Source: Bacteroidota bacterium
GTDB lineage: Bacteria > Bacteroidota > Ignavibacteria > Palsa-1295
Assembly: GCA_030706385.1 (NCBI GenBank)
Contig: JAUZOQ010000006.1
Span: 1,196 to 65,195, forward strand
Reading direction: 5' to 3'
DNA length: 64,000 nt
Shown: in pieces, positions 18,947-29,428 of the stretch
Position numbering within the stretch: position 1 is the stretch's first letter
Layout: the number at the start of each line of letters is the position of its first letter
Made by a program: the position numbers and the translations under genes
Notes under the pieces: model-generated
The model's database searches: none
Told to the model about the DNA's origin: nothing
The model's input: only the letters and a program-made list of their open reading frames with translations

Positions 18947-20245
18947 TCATCTTTTAACAACAAAGGATTTCGTTTGCACTGAAGTACCTGTCTGGAGTCG
19001 ATAAAAATATGTTCCGTTAGGGATTGTCTCTGTGTTGAGGGTGAATATATGGATGCCAGGGGCTAAGATGCCTTGGCTCACAAGCTGAACCCGTCTGCCC
19101 AAGGCATCCACTACGTCAAGAGTAGCATTTACGGAATGATCTACGGAAACGGATAACTCGGTTGAGTAAGTAGCCGGGTTAGGGAAGTTCTGCGAAAGCC
19201 GGATGCCGCTGGATAATTGAGTATTGTTAACTCCGCTTGGAAGAAGAGTCCGCCAAAGACCGTTACTATCAGTAGATGCAAAGACTTTTCCTCTTGAGCT
19301 AAATCCAAGAGCGATCACTTCGGGATGAAATTTTGATAGCGCGGAATTGGGGAGTCCGACAGAGTAGTCTTCCCATCCAGCCCCATTATGTAAGAAGCGG
19401 AATACATATCCCTGCGATATCGAATCCTGCTTGACATCATCTCGAATACCGCCCCCTAAGAAAAGATCTCCTTCCGGGTTTATAACAAGAGCTTCAATAG
19501 TACGAGAACTGAAGTTCGTGCCCTTCGGGCCGTTAAACGTATCTCCTCCATCGGACGAGTGGAAGACTGCGCTGCTAGGATAGCCGCTGACCGCGAGTAA
19601 GACATCGGTTTCGGAAGTCGTCAGAATTGCCGTTATATCTCCGAATGTAGTTGGTGAAATATTCTTCCATACTAAACCACCATCGTGAGAGGCATAGGCC
19701 TCTTTGCTCGTACGATAATAAATATTCTGACCAAAAGCCGCAACCTGAAGTATCGGAGCTCCGTCTCCGGCGTCATGTTTCTTTTGCCACTGCTCCTCAC
19801 CTGATTTTCGCACCCACAAGCCTGTTGCCGAACCTGCGAATATTTCGTCTTTCCCAGGCGAATCAGCTGCCGCTCGAACGAAAAGACAGGTGATAGGAGG
19901 AAGATTGGCAGCCGGTACTTTCACCCAACTGCCATTGGTCGGATCAAGCGATGTATCCAACCCGAGAGGTGAGGACACATAATAGACGCCTGTCGTACCA
20001 ATTGCAAAACCTGTGATATTGGCATCTTCGAAATTGACTGTCAGAGTATTTCCCAAATCTCCGGAGTTAAACAAATGGCCAGCTATCGAATAGATCGTAT
20101 CGCCTGTGCCGGCAGTTATCTGGGTTGATCGATGGGTTCTGTTTATGCGCTCCCACGTTTGTGCACTGACAATGAACGGAGCGAATGCACAAGTAACAAA
20201 AGTAAGTGCAAGGAAGAGATTTCTGGCGAGGCAAGTGATCATCAT
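18947..20245 (-). CDS. Secreted beta-propeller protein with T9SS type A C-terminal domain
   Basis: SHDGGLVW and SSDGGDTF Asp-boxes; LSQNFPNP...DALGR...GTYFYRL; ATG 20245 lies just after the upstream stop codon. Confidence 0.85.
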   Translation of the reverse strand: MMITCLARNLFLALTFVTCAFAPFIVSAQTWERINRTHRSTQITAGTGDTIYSIAGHLFNSGDLGNTLTVNFEDANITGFAIGTTGVYYVSSPLGLDTSLDPTNGSWVKVPAANLPPITCLFVRAAADSPGKDEIFAGSATGLWVRKSGEEQWQKKHDAGDGAPILQVAAFGQNIYYRTSKEAYASHDGGLVWKNISPTTFGDITAILTTSETDVLLAVSGYPSSAVFHSSDGGDTFNGPKGTNFSSRTIEALVINPEGDLFLGGGIRDDVKQDSISQGYVFRFLHNGAGWEDYSVGLPNSALSKFHPEVIALGFSSRGKVFASTDSNGLWRTLLPSGVNNTQLSSGIRLSQNFPNPATYSTELSVSVDHSVNATLDVVDALGRRVQLVSQGILAPGIHIFTLNTETIPNGTYFYRLQTGTSVQTKSFVVKR

Positions 20246-20246
20246 A

Positions 20247-21314
20247 CTATGGTTTAATAAATGGGATAACGTGGACTTCATCAAAATTGGCATCCCTTTC
20301 ACGAATATAAGCAAGCTTATCTTCTGAAGGAGACAAGGCAATTATCAGGAGAATATCGTCCGCAATCGAGATGTCATTGGATGTGACAAGATTGCGAGAT
20401 CTCATGTGGATCGTACTAGTTGAATCGTAAAAACTATAGACAATTACGTTGTTATCGTGAGTGACATCGAAGTTTTCAACTACGAAGTTTAAGACGTTGG
20501 CTCGAGCCGTGGTGGTAAGGTTAACACGGTCCACGGTGTAATTAAACGATGTACCGGTTTTGCTGCCGTTTCTGTTTCTTACGAAAAGATTGTTTGTTGC
20601 GGGGTCAAAAACTGCATTGTGGAATACTGCTTCTGCGCCAGCAATCACAGTACGAGGGATGCCTGTTGAGGTGGTATCGTAAATCGAAATATGGGCACCG
20701 ATGCTGTCGGCGCAATTGATTCCGAACGTGCCGTTATTGAGCCAAATACCCGAATTTGTCTCCACGCCATTGACATCAAAATGCGTGACTAGCCGTATTG
20801 GAGAATAACTAAGATCAAATACTTGGATTGTTTTTATTGGTTGAGCATCTGGTGAAGGAGTACCGACTGCATAGTGGAGATCACCGGATACGGTAATTAA
20901 GTGTAACTGAGTTGCCAGCTTTTCAAGATTCCCCGACTGTGGGCGATATCGATACAGATCTCCTTCAAGTTGAGTCACGATCGTGCTGCCATCGGCTGAA
21001 ACATAGAGGCTCGGGGAATACGAATCGATACTGCCGGTAATAGGGTCAATGGGTCGTGATTTCGGGTCTGTCTTGAATGTTTCCGCAAGAGAACCGTTAC
21101 CATCAAAACGAACAATGGAGTAGCCGACTGCGGGAATTGTCGAGGTCGAGGTTACCGAATACGACTGCATGAGGCCGAATAAGGAGCTTCCGTCGGCCTT
21201 CCATCGCAGTTCCACGTTGTGTTGGACTTGAGTGCTCTGCGTGCCGGAATCACAACCACTGTAGATTAGTAGCAATGGTAATAGATAGAGTGCACTCGAA
21301 ATTAATTTCTTCAT
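20247..21314 (-). CDS. Lipoprotein, probable TolB-like beta-propeller
   Basis: Lipobox YSG-C; beta-rich, with SADG and LSPSEDKLAY repeats. Confidence 0.65.
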   Translation of the reverse strand: MKKLISSALYLLPLLLIYSGCDSGTQSTQVQHNVELRWKADGSSLFGLMQSYSVTSTSTIPAVGYSIVRFDGNGSLAETFKTDPKSRPIDPITGSIDSYSPSLYVSADGSTIVTQLEGDLYRYRPQSGNLEKLATQLHLITVSGDLHYAVGTPSPDAQPIKTIQVFDLSYSPIRLVTHFDVNGVETNSGIWLNNGTFGINCADSIGAHISIYDTTSTGIPRTVIAGAEAVFHNAVFDPATNNLFVRNRNGSKTGTSFNYTVDRVNLTTTARANVLNFVVENFDVTHDNNVIVYSFYDSTSTIHMRSRNLVTSNDISIADDILLIIALSPSEDKLAYIRERDANFDEVHVIPFIKP

Positions 21315-21484
21315 TTTGATCTGTATACCTTATGACACATTAAGTATAAACATTGTTACAGGAGAAAAGTCTCATGGAGTTTCGGGATATTATCCGCCAG
21401 TAGGACAAGGCGCATAGCGAAATGAAGGATTGAGTGAAACTAATCATCGTATTTTTGGTGTCCAAATAACAAACAGAGGATTTT

Positions 21485-22468
21485 ATGCATGCAATAATCC
21501 CGGTAGCCGGAGTGGGTTCGAGGCTTAGACCTCACACGTATACTTTACCGAAAGTTTTACTCAACGTTGCCGGCAAGCCAATTCTTGGTCATATACTAGA
21601 TCGACTTCGTGACGATGGAGTAACAAGCGCCACGGTAGTCGTCGGTTACATGGGAAACTTAGTTGAGAAGTACGTACGGACTCATCACCATGATCTAAAA
21701 GTGAATTTTGTCACCCAGGATGAATTGTTGGGTCTTGGTCACTCGATATGGATTGCCCGAGAATCCTTTCCACCGAAAGGCGAGCCTCTCCTCATTATAC
21801 TTGGGGACACCATTTTTGATGTTGATTTGAAGCCGGTGTTCGATTCAGGCATTAGCTCCTTAGGTGTTAAGATTGTTGATGATCCGCGGCGCTTCGGCGT
21901 TGCAGAATTATCCGGTGGGTATATTTCAAGGCTCGTTGAAAAGCCTGACCATCCGACCACAAACCTCGCCGTTGTAGGACTTTACTATATCAAGAATCCT
22001 GCACTGTTGCTTGAATGTTTGAACGATCTCGTCTCTGGAGACAAACGCACGAAAGGGGAATACCAGCTTACAGACGCTCTGCAAATGATGATTCAAAAGG
22101 GAGAGAAGTTCAAGACTTTCTCCGTTGATGAATGGTATGATTGTGGAAAACCCGAAACGCTGCTAAGTACGAACCGCCACCTACTTCAGCGTAACTCGAA
22201 GTCACGCGACATTCCTGGCGTAGTTACGATTCCTCCCGTTTACATTGCGGCGAATGCTGATATTGCCAACTCAATCGTTGGTCCTTATGCAACGATCGGA
22301 GAGGGGGCACGGGTGAGGGATTCGATCATTCGAAATAGTATCATTGGAGATGAATCTGGAGTCAGTGGTGTTCTCTTGGACAATTCTATTATTGGAAATA
22401 ACGGCGTTGTCAAAGGTGGATTTAAACGTGTGAATGCCGGAGACTCATCTGAAGTCGACTTTCAGTGA
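21485..22468 (+). CDS. Sugar-1-phosphate nucleotidyltransferase (glucose-1-phosphate thymidylyltransferase-like)
   Basis: AGVGSRLRPHT..LPK, VEKP, GEYQLTDAL, WYDCGK and a C-terminal hexapeptide region. Confidence 0.9.
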   Translation: MHAIIPVAGVGSRLRPHTYTLPKVLLNVAGKPILGHILDRLRDDGVTSATVVVGYMGNLVEKYVRTHHHDLKVNFVTQDELLGLGHSIWIARESFPPKGEPLLIILGDTIFDVDLKPVFDSGISSLGVKIVDDPRRFGVAELSGGYISRLVEKPDHPTTNLAVVGLYYIKNPALLLECLNDLVSGDKRTKGEYQLTDALQMMIQKGEKFKTFSVDEWYDCGKPETLLSTNRHLLQRNSKSRDIPGVVTIPPVYIAANADIANSIVGPYATIGEGARVRDSIIRNSIIGDESGVSGVLLDNSIIGNNGVVKGGFKRVNAGDSSEVDFQ

Positions 22469-22549
22469 TTAGGAATTGTCGTTATACTCTGAGGCTACAT
22501 TTTTAATTTTGAGATCAACATTACTTTCTAATTCATATTAATTCTTTCT

Positions 22550-23704
22550 ATGTCGTACCTATTTACATCCGAATCCGTTTCTGAAGGACATCCAGATAAG
22601 GTTGCCGATCAAATTTCTGATGCGGTTCTCGACGCTCTACTTGCTCAAGACCCAGATTCCCGCGTTGCTTGCGAAACGTTTGTCACAACAGGTTTGACCG
22701 TTGTCGGTGGGGAAGTTACAACAAAGGGATATATAAATATTCAGGAGATTGTTCGTGAAGTCATTAACCGGATCGGCTATACGAAAGCAGAGTATATGTT
22801 CGATGGAAATTCCTGCGGTGTTCTCAGCGCAATACACTCTCAATCGAGAGATATCGCCATGGGTGTCGATACTGGTGGCGCAGGCGATCAGGGAATGATG
22901 TTTGGTTATGCGACAAACGAGACACCCGAGTATATGCCGGCTTCTCTCGTTTTTTCACACCGACTCGTTAAGCGTCTGGCTGATATCCGTAAGAACGAAC
23001 CGAACTTGATGCCGTACCTTCGGCCGGATTCTAAATCTCAGGTTACAGTAGAATACGACGGTCATGAGCTAAAGCGAGTCCACACAGTAGTAGTTTCTAC
23101 TCAGCATGATCCTGACGTCAAGCAGGAGACAATTCGTAAAGATGTGATTGCTCATGTAATCAATCAAGTCATTCCGGGCAATATGATGGATGACTCCGTA
23201 ATCATTCACGTTAACCCTACCGGTAATTTCGAGATTGGCGGACCTCATGGTGATACCGGTCTTACGGGTCGCAAGATCATCGTGGATACCTATGGCGGTA
23301 AAGCACCGCATGGTGGAGGAGCATTTAGTGGTAAGGATCCTTCGAAAGTCGATCGCTCGGCTGCATACGCAGCGCGTCATGTGGCAAAGAATATCGTGGC
23401 AGCCGAATTGGCCGATGAATGTACTGTTCAGGTTGCATACGCGATCGGAGTGGCTAAGCCTGTATCGATTAATGTAACGACTCACGGAACCGGCAAGATT
23501 GCCGATGAGGATTTGGAGCAGATCGTCAAAGACCATGTAGATCTTACTCCGCGTGGCATAATCACCCGGCTCGATCTGAAGCGTCCGATCTATCAGGCTA
23601 CTGCTGCCTACGGTCATTTCGGCAGGGATGAGTTTTCATGGGAGAAACTCGACCTCGTTCCGATCTTCAAGAAGGCTGCCGAGAAGATGATGGTATCCGC
23701 ATAA
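22550..23704 (+). CDS. metK: S-adenosylmethionine synthetase
   Basis: [28 protein letters not shown]. Confidence 0.99.
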   Translation: MSYLFTSESVSEGHPDKVADQISDAVLDALLAQDPDSRVACETFVTTGLTVVGGEVTTKGYINIQEIVREVINRIGYTKAEYMFDGNSCGVLSAIHSQSRDIAMGVDTGGAGDQGMMFGYATNETPEYMPASLVFSHRLVKRLADIRKNEPNLMPYLRPDSKSQVTVEYDGHELKRVHTVVVSTQHDPDVKQETIRKDVIAHVINQVIPGNMMDDSVIIHVNPTGNFEIGGPHGDTGLTGRKIIVDTYGGKAPHGGGAFSGKDPSKVDRSAAYAARHVAKNIVAAELADECTVQVAYAIGVAKPVSINVTTHGTGKIADEDLEQIVKDHVDLTPRGIITRLDLKRPIYQATAAYGHFGRDEFSWEKLDLVPIFKKAAEKMMVSA

Positions 23705-23730
23705 GGTATATTTGTCCATGTTACTATCTG

Positions 23731-23758
23731 AAAGGGCGCATCGAATGTGCCCTTTTTT
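23731..23758 (+). terminator. Intrinsic terminator after metK
   Basis: aaagggcgcat-cga-atgtgcccttt plus a T run. Confidence 0.8.
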
Positions 23759-23838
23759 ATTAGATATTGTTGAGAAGTATTCAGTAGGTACTATCGATTG
23801 ATTCTCAGAATTAAACTTTGTCCTTAGTTTTGTACCCG

Positions 23839-24777
23839 ATGGTTAAACAATTCGATCTCGTCGGAATTGGTGAATGCCTCATCGAACTACGTGAGGAGTC
23901 ACCTGATCTCTATAGGCAATCGGTCGCTGGCGATGTGTTTAATACATTGTTCTATGCTTCCCGTTTAGGAATGAGAACAGGTTTCATTTCAGAACTCGGA
24001 TCGGACCCGTTCACGGCTGATATTTTGCAGGTAATTCATGACGAAAGTATAGACAAATCTTACGTCGCCCATTCCGATTCAAAAACGAATGGCCTCTATC
24101 TTATTTCAACTAATGAATTGGGAGAACCGGATTATTCATTTTGGAGAAATGATTCGGCAGCGCGCCAAACCCTGAGTACGGTCGATCGGACCAAAGTTGC
24201 AGCTTATCTTTCTTCGGCAGAATATTTTCATTTCTCTGCGATCGCATTTGCAATACTAAACGATCGAGAAAAATTAATACCATTGATCAAAGGCCTTGTT
24301 GGATCGACGAAAATTAGTTTCGATACGAATTTTCGGAAGGGCCTGTGGGATGATGTAGGTATATTGCGAAAGTTTATCGAATCGTCATCTCCCTTTGTCG
24401 ATGTCCTTTTTGTGTCAAAAGCTGATGACGAGAAGATTTACTTTGCCAGGCCGGCCGAGTCTGCAATGACATTCTATCGGGAATTAGGTTATCGGATGGT
24501 TATTTATAAACAAGGACGTGATGACGTTCTCGGATGGGATGGAAAAAAAATATTTGAGATTCCTCCCATCGAAAATGCCATTGTTGTCGATGCAACTGCA
24601 GCCGGAGATGCATTCAATGCCGGATTCATTGCTGCACAGAGCAAAGGATATAGTTTTGAGGATTCAATAGAGGCTGGTAACTTATGTGCAGCCTTCGTTA
24701 TTGGAAGGCCTGGCGGTATAGCCCAGGATTTTGATGTGAGTTTGCCCAATCATCGACACGACAGGACATCTAGATAA
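23839..24777 (+). CDS. PfkB-family sugar kinase (KdgK-like)
   Basis: IGECLIEL, AGDVFNT, FDTNFR..LW, VDATAAGDAFNAGF. Confidence 0.88.
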   Translation: MVKQFDLVGIGECLIELREESPDLYRQSVAGDVFNTLFYASRLGMRTGFISELGSDPFTADILQVIHDESIDKSYVAHSDSKTNGLYLISTNELGEPDYSFWRNDSAARQTLSTVDRTKVAAYLSSAEYFHFSAIAFAILNDREKLIPLIKGLVGSTKISFDTNFRKGLWDDVGILRKFIESSSPFVDVLFVSKADDEKIYFARPAESAMTFYRELGYRMVIYKQGRDDVLGWDGKKIFEIPPIENAIVVDATAAGDAFNAGFIAAQSKGYSFEDSIEAGNLCAAFVIGRPGGIAQDFDVSLPNHRHDRTSR

Positions 24778-27185
24778 TGACGGAAGATATTTACATGATC
24801 GGGAATGCTCACCTTGATCCGGCGTGGATGTGGCGCTTGGAAGAAGGATTTGAGGCGTTCCTTGCAACGTGCAGATCAGCACTCCAGAGGATTGAGGAGA
24901 CTCCGGGATTCATATTCACTGCATCGAGCGCGTCGCATTATGAATTTGTCGAGTTAACCGACCCGGCACTGTTTCGTCAAATCCAAGAGCAGGTAAAACT
25001 GGGACGATGGTCTGTTGTTGGCGGATGGTGGACGGAATCAGATTGTAACATTCCAAGCGGCGAAGCCTTTATTCGTCAAGGTCTCTACGGTCAAAAATTC
25101 TTCGAATCTCGGTTTGGGATAAAATCCAAATCTGGATTCTGTATTGACTCATTTGGGCATAACGCGAATTTACCGCAGCTACTCAGACATTGCGGTATGA
25201 ACAACTATGTCTTTATGCGGCCTGAACAGGATGAAAAAAAACTAGATAGTTCCTTATTCAGATGGGCGGCTTCGGGCGACGCAGAGGTTATGGCGTACCG
25301 AATTCCTCTGCATTATTCAAATTATAGAAACACGATTCAGGAAAAGTTGAAGCTTCTCCGGGAGTATTCTTTGTATCGACCATCTTTGCCATGGATGGTA
25401 TTCTATGGTGTGGGAAACCACGGTGGTGGCCCTACGCGAGCACAGATATCTCAGATAATTGAGCAACAACGATCCAATAAGGATTTTCGCATATCGTTTT
25501 CCTCAGTCGATGATTTCTTTGAATGTATCTCAAGGAGAGGGATCGAACTGCCAGTTGTAGAGGGGGAATTCCAGCCGCATGCCATAGGCTGTTATAGCGC
25601 CCATTCTGAAATTAAGAGACTGAATCGACAGGTAGAAAATTCACTTTTGCGTTCTGAAAAATTGTCCATGCTTGCTGAACTGTCTATACCTCACTTCAAC
25701 GCGAAGTGGGGCGAATATGATGGTGCATGGAAAAATCTGCTGCTCAATAACTTCCATGATATTTTGGGTGGTGTCAGTATCATAGAAGCATGCAACGATG
25801 CAATAGATCTATACTCTGAAGCTCTCGCGATTTCGGCCAGAAAGGAGCGGATTGCGGTGCAAGTACTGTGTAACGCGCTTGACACTCATGATTCTGTCGA
25901 GTCACTAATTGTTATCAATCCCCAAGCCTGGGATATAATGCAGCCTATAGAGTTTGAGCTCTGGCACCCGGAAGCTAGTGAAAAGAACGACAAACTTTCG
26001 GGTGTGTCGCTTAAGGGCGAGAATGGGAAGAGCATCCCTTCCCAAAAGATTGAATCCTCCGGCAAGATTGGCGAAGACCGTGTTCGATTTACGAGCCAAG
26101 TATCTGTTCGAAGTTTCGGATGGACCAAACTTGTAGTAAATAGGGAAACTGTAATGCCGGTCGAAAGGAGTTCGATCAAGGCTACCGAGAATATCCTTTC
26201 TAACGGACTGTGCGGTATTGCGTTCGACGGAGGGGTAGACGAGAATTTGATTCCCTACACTCCGGCGCAGGTGTTTATGGATGAATCCGACACCTGGGGC
26301 CACGGCATCACGGGGTTTAATACTTCAAAAGGACTATTTAAAATCCAGAGGATCTCCGTTTTAGAGAAGGGCCCTGTTCGTGGCCGAGTTAGGGTAGAAA
26401 GTGCGTACGGCAATTCAAGAATGGAAGAAGATTTTATTCTTTATAGTGAGGAGAACATTATCGAACAACGTATATATCTCGATTGGCGAAAGCCGAACGC
26501 AGTACTAAAACTCAGATATCCACATCAGTGTAAGTACCCGAAGACATTCTTTGAAATTCCTTATGGCTTCATTGAACGCCCAATTTCAAAGAATGAAGTG
26601 CCAGGCGGTGCCTGGGCATTTGTGCAAGACGATTCCAAAGGTCTCGGCATCATTAATAACGCGAAATCAAGTTATTCTTCGGACGAGAATTTTCTGTACT
26701 TGACCTGCGCAAGGTCTCCATTATTTGCTCACCATGCCCCTCCTCACATTTCGAGTACCACTGAGTCAAAGAGATACCTGGATCAAGGAGAGCAAGAATT
26801 TAGCATACGTCTGATTACCGGATGCAAAACTTGGCAGGACGCGAACATGGCTAGAAGAACAACGGAGTTCTTGCAACCGGTTGTAGTGCATGTAGAAACT
26901 GCTCATAATGGAGACTTGGAATCGAAGTCGCACACGATTAGTGTTACCCCTTCGAATATCCTAGTAAGTGCGATCAAGCGGTCCTATTCCGATAGTGATT
27001 CGTCGACTATATTTAGAGTGGTCGAAACTGCTGGAATTGGATGCGAAGCCACATTAGATGTCCCAGAACTTAATGTTTCTTGGAAATCGAGATTTCGGCC
27101 GATGGAGCTAAAATCATTCCGAATTAGGGACGGTAAAGTATTGGAAGTCAATGGATTAGAAGAGCAATTAATAACTCCGATTTAG
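24777..27185 (+). CDS. Glycoside hydrolase family 38 alpha-mannosidase, cytoplasmic
   Basis: GNAHLDPAWMW, GGWWTESD, IDSFGH, YGVGNHGGGP, NNFHDILGG. Confidence 0.92.
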   Translation: MTEDIYMIGNAHLDPAWMWRLEEGFEAFLATCRSALQRIEETPGFIFTASSASHYEFVELTDPALFRQIQEQVKLGRWSVVGGWWTESDCNIPSGEAFIRQGLYGQKFFESRFGIKSKSGFCIDSFGHNANLPQLLRHCGMNNYVFMRPEQDEKKLDSSLFRWAASGDAEVMAYRIPLHYSNYRNTIQEKLKLLREYSLYRPSLPWMVFYGVGNHGGGPTRAQISQIIEQQRSNKDFRISFSSVDDFFECISRRGIELPVVEGEFQPHAIGCYSAHSEIKRLNRQVENSLLRSEKLSMLAELSIPHFNAKWGEYDGAWKNLLLNNFHDILGGVSIIEACNDAIDLYSEALAISARKERIAVQVLCNALDTHDSVESLIVINPQAWDIMQPIEFELWHPEASEKNDKLSGVSLKGENGKSIPSQKIESSGKIGEDRVRFTSQVSVRSFGWTKLVVNRETVMPVERSSIKATENILSNGLCGIAFDGGVDENLIPYTPAQVFMDESDTWGHGITGFNTSKGLFKIQRISVLEKGPVRGRVRVESAYGNSRMEEDFILYSEENIIEQRIYLDWRKPNAVLKLRYPHQCKYPKTFFEIPYGFIERPISKNEVPGGAWAFVQDDSKGLGIINNAKSSYSSDENFLYLTCARSPLFAHHAPPHISSTTESKRYLDQGEQEFSIRLITGCKTWQDANMARRTTEFLQPVVVHVETAHNGDLESKSHTISVTPSNILVSAIKRSYSDSDSSTIFRVVETAGIGCEATLDVPELNVSWKSRFRPMELKSFRIRDGKVLEVNGLEEQLITPI

Positions 27186-27255
27186 CGGTGCCTCTCTTTG
27201 TAACTTTAGTTGAGATAAAGCGTTTTCTTAATACGAAACACGTGCAGAAGCTAAC

Positions 27256-27927
27256 TTGATGCAGTTCTTGATGTCAGAAGGCAGGAAGCCGAAAACGAAC
27301 GTAACCTTTTCAGATGAGGAGTTGTGGATCACCTTCAGGGAAGGTGATGATTCGGCGTATACCCTTCTGTATTTCCGATATGCCGATAGGCTGTATTCCT
27401 ATCTGAGGTTATTGCTCGGCTCTGGCCCTGAACGGCACAACATCGAAGATGTATTTCAGGAAACCTGGATTCGCGTATATCGAGAAAAAGAAAAGTTTGA
27501 AATACGTGACGCGGGAACATTTAGCGGCTGGCTTTTCAGAATTGCTCACAATTTTGCCATCAGCTTGGTCCGACGACCGCATTATGTCTCCTCATTTAAT
27601 GAACTGGCTGACGACAAGTTTCTTTATGACTATGCATCTACAAGTGCTCAAGATACCTTGCATGATGAGCACAGTGCGCAGGAAATACTCGCTTTGCTTC
27701 GTGCCGTGGTCGAAGAATTGCCATTATCCTTAAGAGAGGTCTATCTGCTGTCTGAGTTTGAGAGAATGAATATGGATCAAGTTGTGGAGACGCTCGGAGT
27801 GACTAAGGCGAATGCGAAGGTGCGGCTTTTCAGGGCGAGGAAGATCGTTAGAGAACGGATGGTAGTGGTTTTGGGAATCGATAAGAATGTTGCCGACAAT
27901 ATGAAAGGCCATGATAATCTTATCTGA
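27256..27927 (+). CDS. ECF RNA polymerase sigma factor
   Basis: EDVFQETWIR, WLFRIAHN, region 4 LP..LREVYLL...KVRLFRAR; start may be ATG 27259 or 27271. Confidence 0.93.
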   Translation: MMQFLMSEGRKPKTNVTFSDEELWITFREGDDSAYTLLYFRYADRLYSYLRLLLGSGPERHNIEDVFQETWIRVYREKEKFEIRDAGTFSGWLFRIAHNFAISLVRRPHYVSSFNELADDKFLYDYASTSAQDTLHDEHSAQEILALLRAVVEELPLSLREVYLLSEFERMNMDQVVETLGVTKANAKVRLFRARKIVRERMVVVLGIDKNVADNMKGHDNLI

Positions 27928-27966
27928 ATTCGCTGGATTCTAAGTTGATTTTTATTTCGTACGCAT

Positions 27967-29346
27967 ATGACAGAAGAACGCATATTAGATTTTTTAGATG
28001 GCAATCTGGACTCCTCCGAGGAAGAGGAGCTTCTACATAGACTTGCTGTCTCGCCCGAAAGGCGCAACCTGTTAAAACAGCATCTCCAAATGAGAGATCT
28101 GACTGCGACACTTTCTCGCAGGCAAACCGTTGTGGTTCCTAAAATGCTTACAGCATCACTGTTTACTGCATTAGCGGCAAATGGATATGCCGGACCGTTA
28201 ATCCCTACCGAGCTAAATCAGAAGGAGTCGTTAGTTGCCTCGCTTGAGAGTGATCTTAATCGATCGGCAAAGAACATTGCCGCCTCAAAATCGATTTTCT
28301 CTGTGCGTCGATCCGTTCTTGCATTAACCAGCGTCCTCTCTTTCATAGTTGGCGGAGTTTTGGTTTTTGCATTAATGCCAGGCACAGACGGACATGGTGT
28401 GAGCTACCGTACCCCCACTTCTTCAAGTATTCCGAACGTTGCACCTGGGATTGTCTCTAGTGCAACTTCCAGTTTCTTGCAGCATCAATCACCGCATGTA
28501 ACCAATCGAGTGACCCAAGCTAATTCTAGTTCTGAGTTCATCCCAGTCATCCAAGTAGCGGGCGAATATGACGAAAATCAAGGAGTCGAACACTCACTCG
28601 TACCGACTTCCAATCAACCCAACAATCCAATCGAGGCACGAGGTGATGACGGCATGGCCAATATTTCCATGGCGGATCTGCCGTCAGCCGCATCTTTTGC
28701 AAAGTCAGAGTTAGCAGACTTTGTTGGTTCTAGACCGGGCCCCAAGAATCCGTTCGACATGAAGGATCCGATTGACGAAACGAAAAGGTCGTTCTGGCAA
28801 CGCCTTACGGTATCTCTTCGCGCAGGAGAGGGAAAGGCACCTGGCAATGAACAGGCGCTTTCGGGCTCGTTGATTGAAATAAAAGCTTCTGCAGATATCG
28901 CGGATTGGTTGGTCGCGAAGGTTTCTTTGGGCCAGTTTATGCCCTATGAAACCCAGGCAATTACTGCTCAGCCGGGGGTCAATAGCGATGGTGTTCCGTT
29001 GCTTCAACTAAGTCCTGTTCTGCAATATAAATATATTATTGGCGCTGAGTGCGGACTTAAATTCGGAATGTTTAATGCCCCTTTTGAATTTTCGGCTGGG
29101 TTCATTAGTGATCTCCAAGGGACGGTGGTCCCTCGGGCAGGTTTGTTTACAAGCCTTCCGCTTCAGGATGATTTGAGTATGAATATTGGTCTTGAAGGGA
29201 TGATCTATACTCATGACATTCGCTCGTCTATTCGGACTGCTCAAAATGGCTACTCAGGTGGTCATCCTTCACTCATAGGAGCACTCAAGGAGAAGGAATC
29301 GACTGGGTTTATTGGACCGGCGATAGAAATGGTCTGGCATTTCTGA
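27967..29346 (+). CDS. Putative anti-sigma factor (N-terminal anti-sigma domain, TM helix, linker, beta-rich C-terminal domain)
   Basis: ILDFLDGNL..EEE..L anti-sigma-like start; one TM segment; directly downstream of the ECF gene. Confidence 0.65.
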   Translation: MTEERILDFLDGNLDSSEEEELLHRLAVSPERRNLLKQHLQMRDLTATLSRRQTVVVPKMLTASLFTALAANGYAGPLIPTELNQKESLVASLESDLNRSAKNIAASKSIFSVRRSVLALTSVLSFIVGGVLVFALMPGTDGHGVSYRTPTSSSIPNVAPGIVSSATSSFLQHQSPHVTNRVTQANSSSEFIPVIQVAGEYDENQGVEHSLVPTSNQPNNPIEARGDDGMANISMADLPSAASFAKSELADFVGSRPGPKNPFDMKDPIDETKRSFWQRLTVSLRAGEGKAPGNEQALSGSLIEIKASADIADWLVAKVSLGQFMPYETQAITAQPGVNSDGVPLLQLSPVLQYKYIIGAECGLKFGMFNAPFEFSAGFISDLQGTVVPRAGLFTSLPLQDDLSMNIGLEGMIYTHDIRSSIRTAQNGYSGGHPSLIGALKEKESTGFIGPAIEMVWHF

Positions 29347-29428
29347 CATCATCAATTTGAAAAAACATTCGTACCCTTTCGCAGTTCACAAGGTGCATCT
29401 TCATCGCAGTAGAGGATACGAATCTAAC

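Noticed and set aside
20246..20341. Apparent 95-bp overlap between ORFs 18947-20341 and 20247-21314
   Set aside because: Resolved by using ATG 20245, which also places the signal peptide at the N-terminus.
22469..22549. SAM riboswitch upstream of metK
   Set aside because: The spacer is only about 80 bp, AT-rich, and lacks SAM-I or SAM-II conserved elements.
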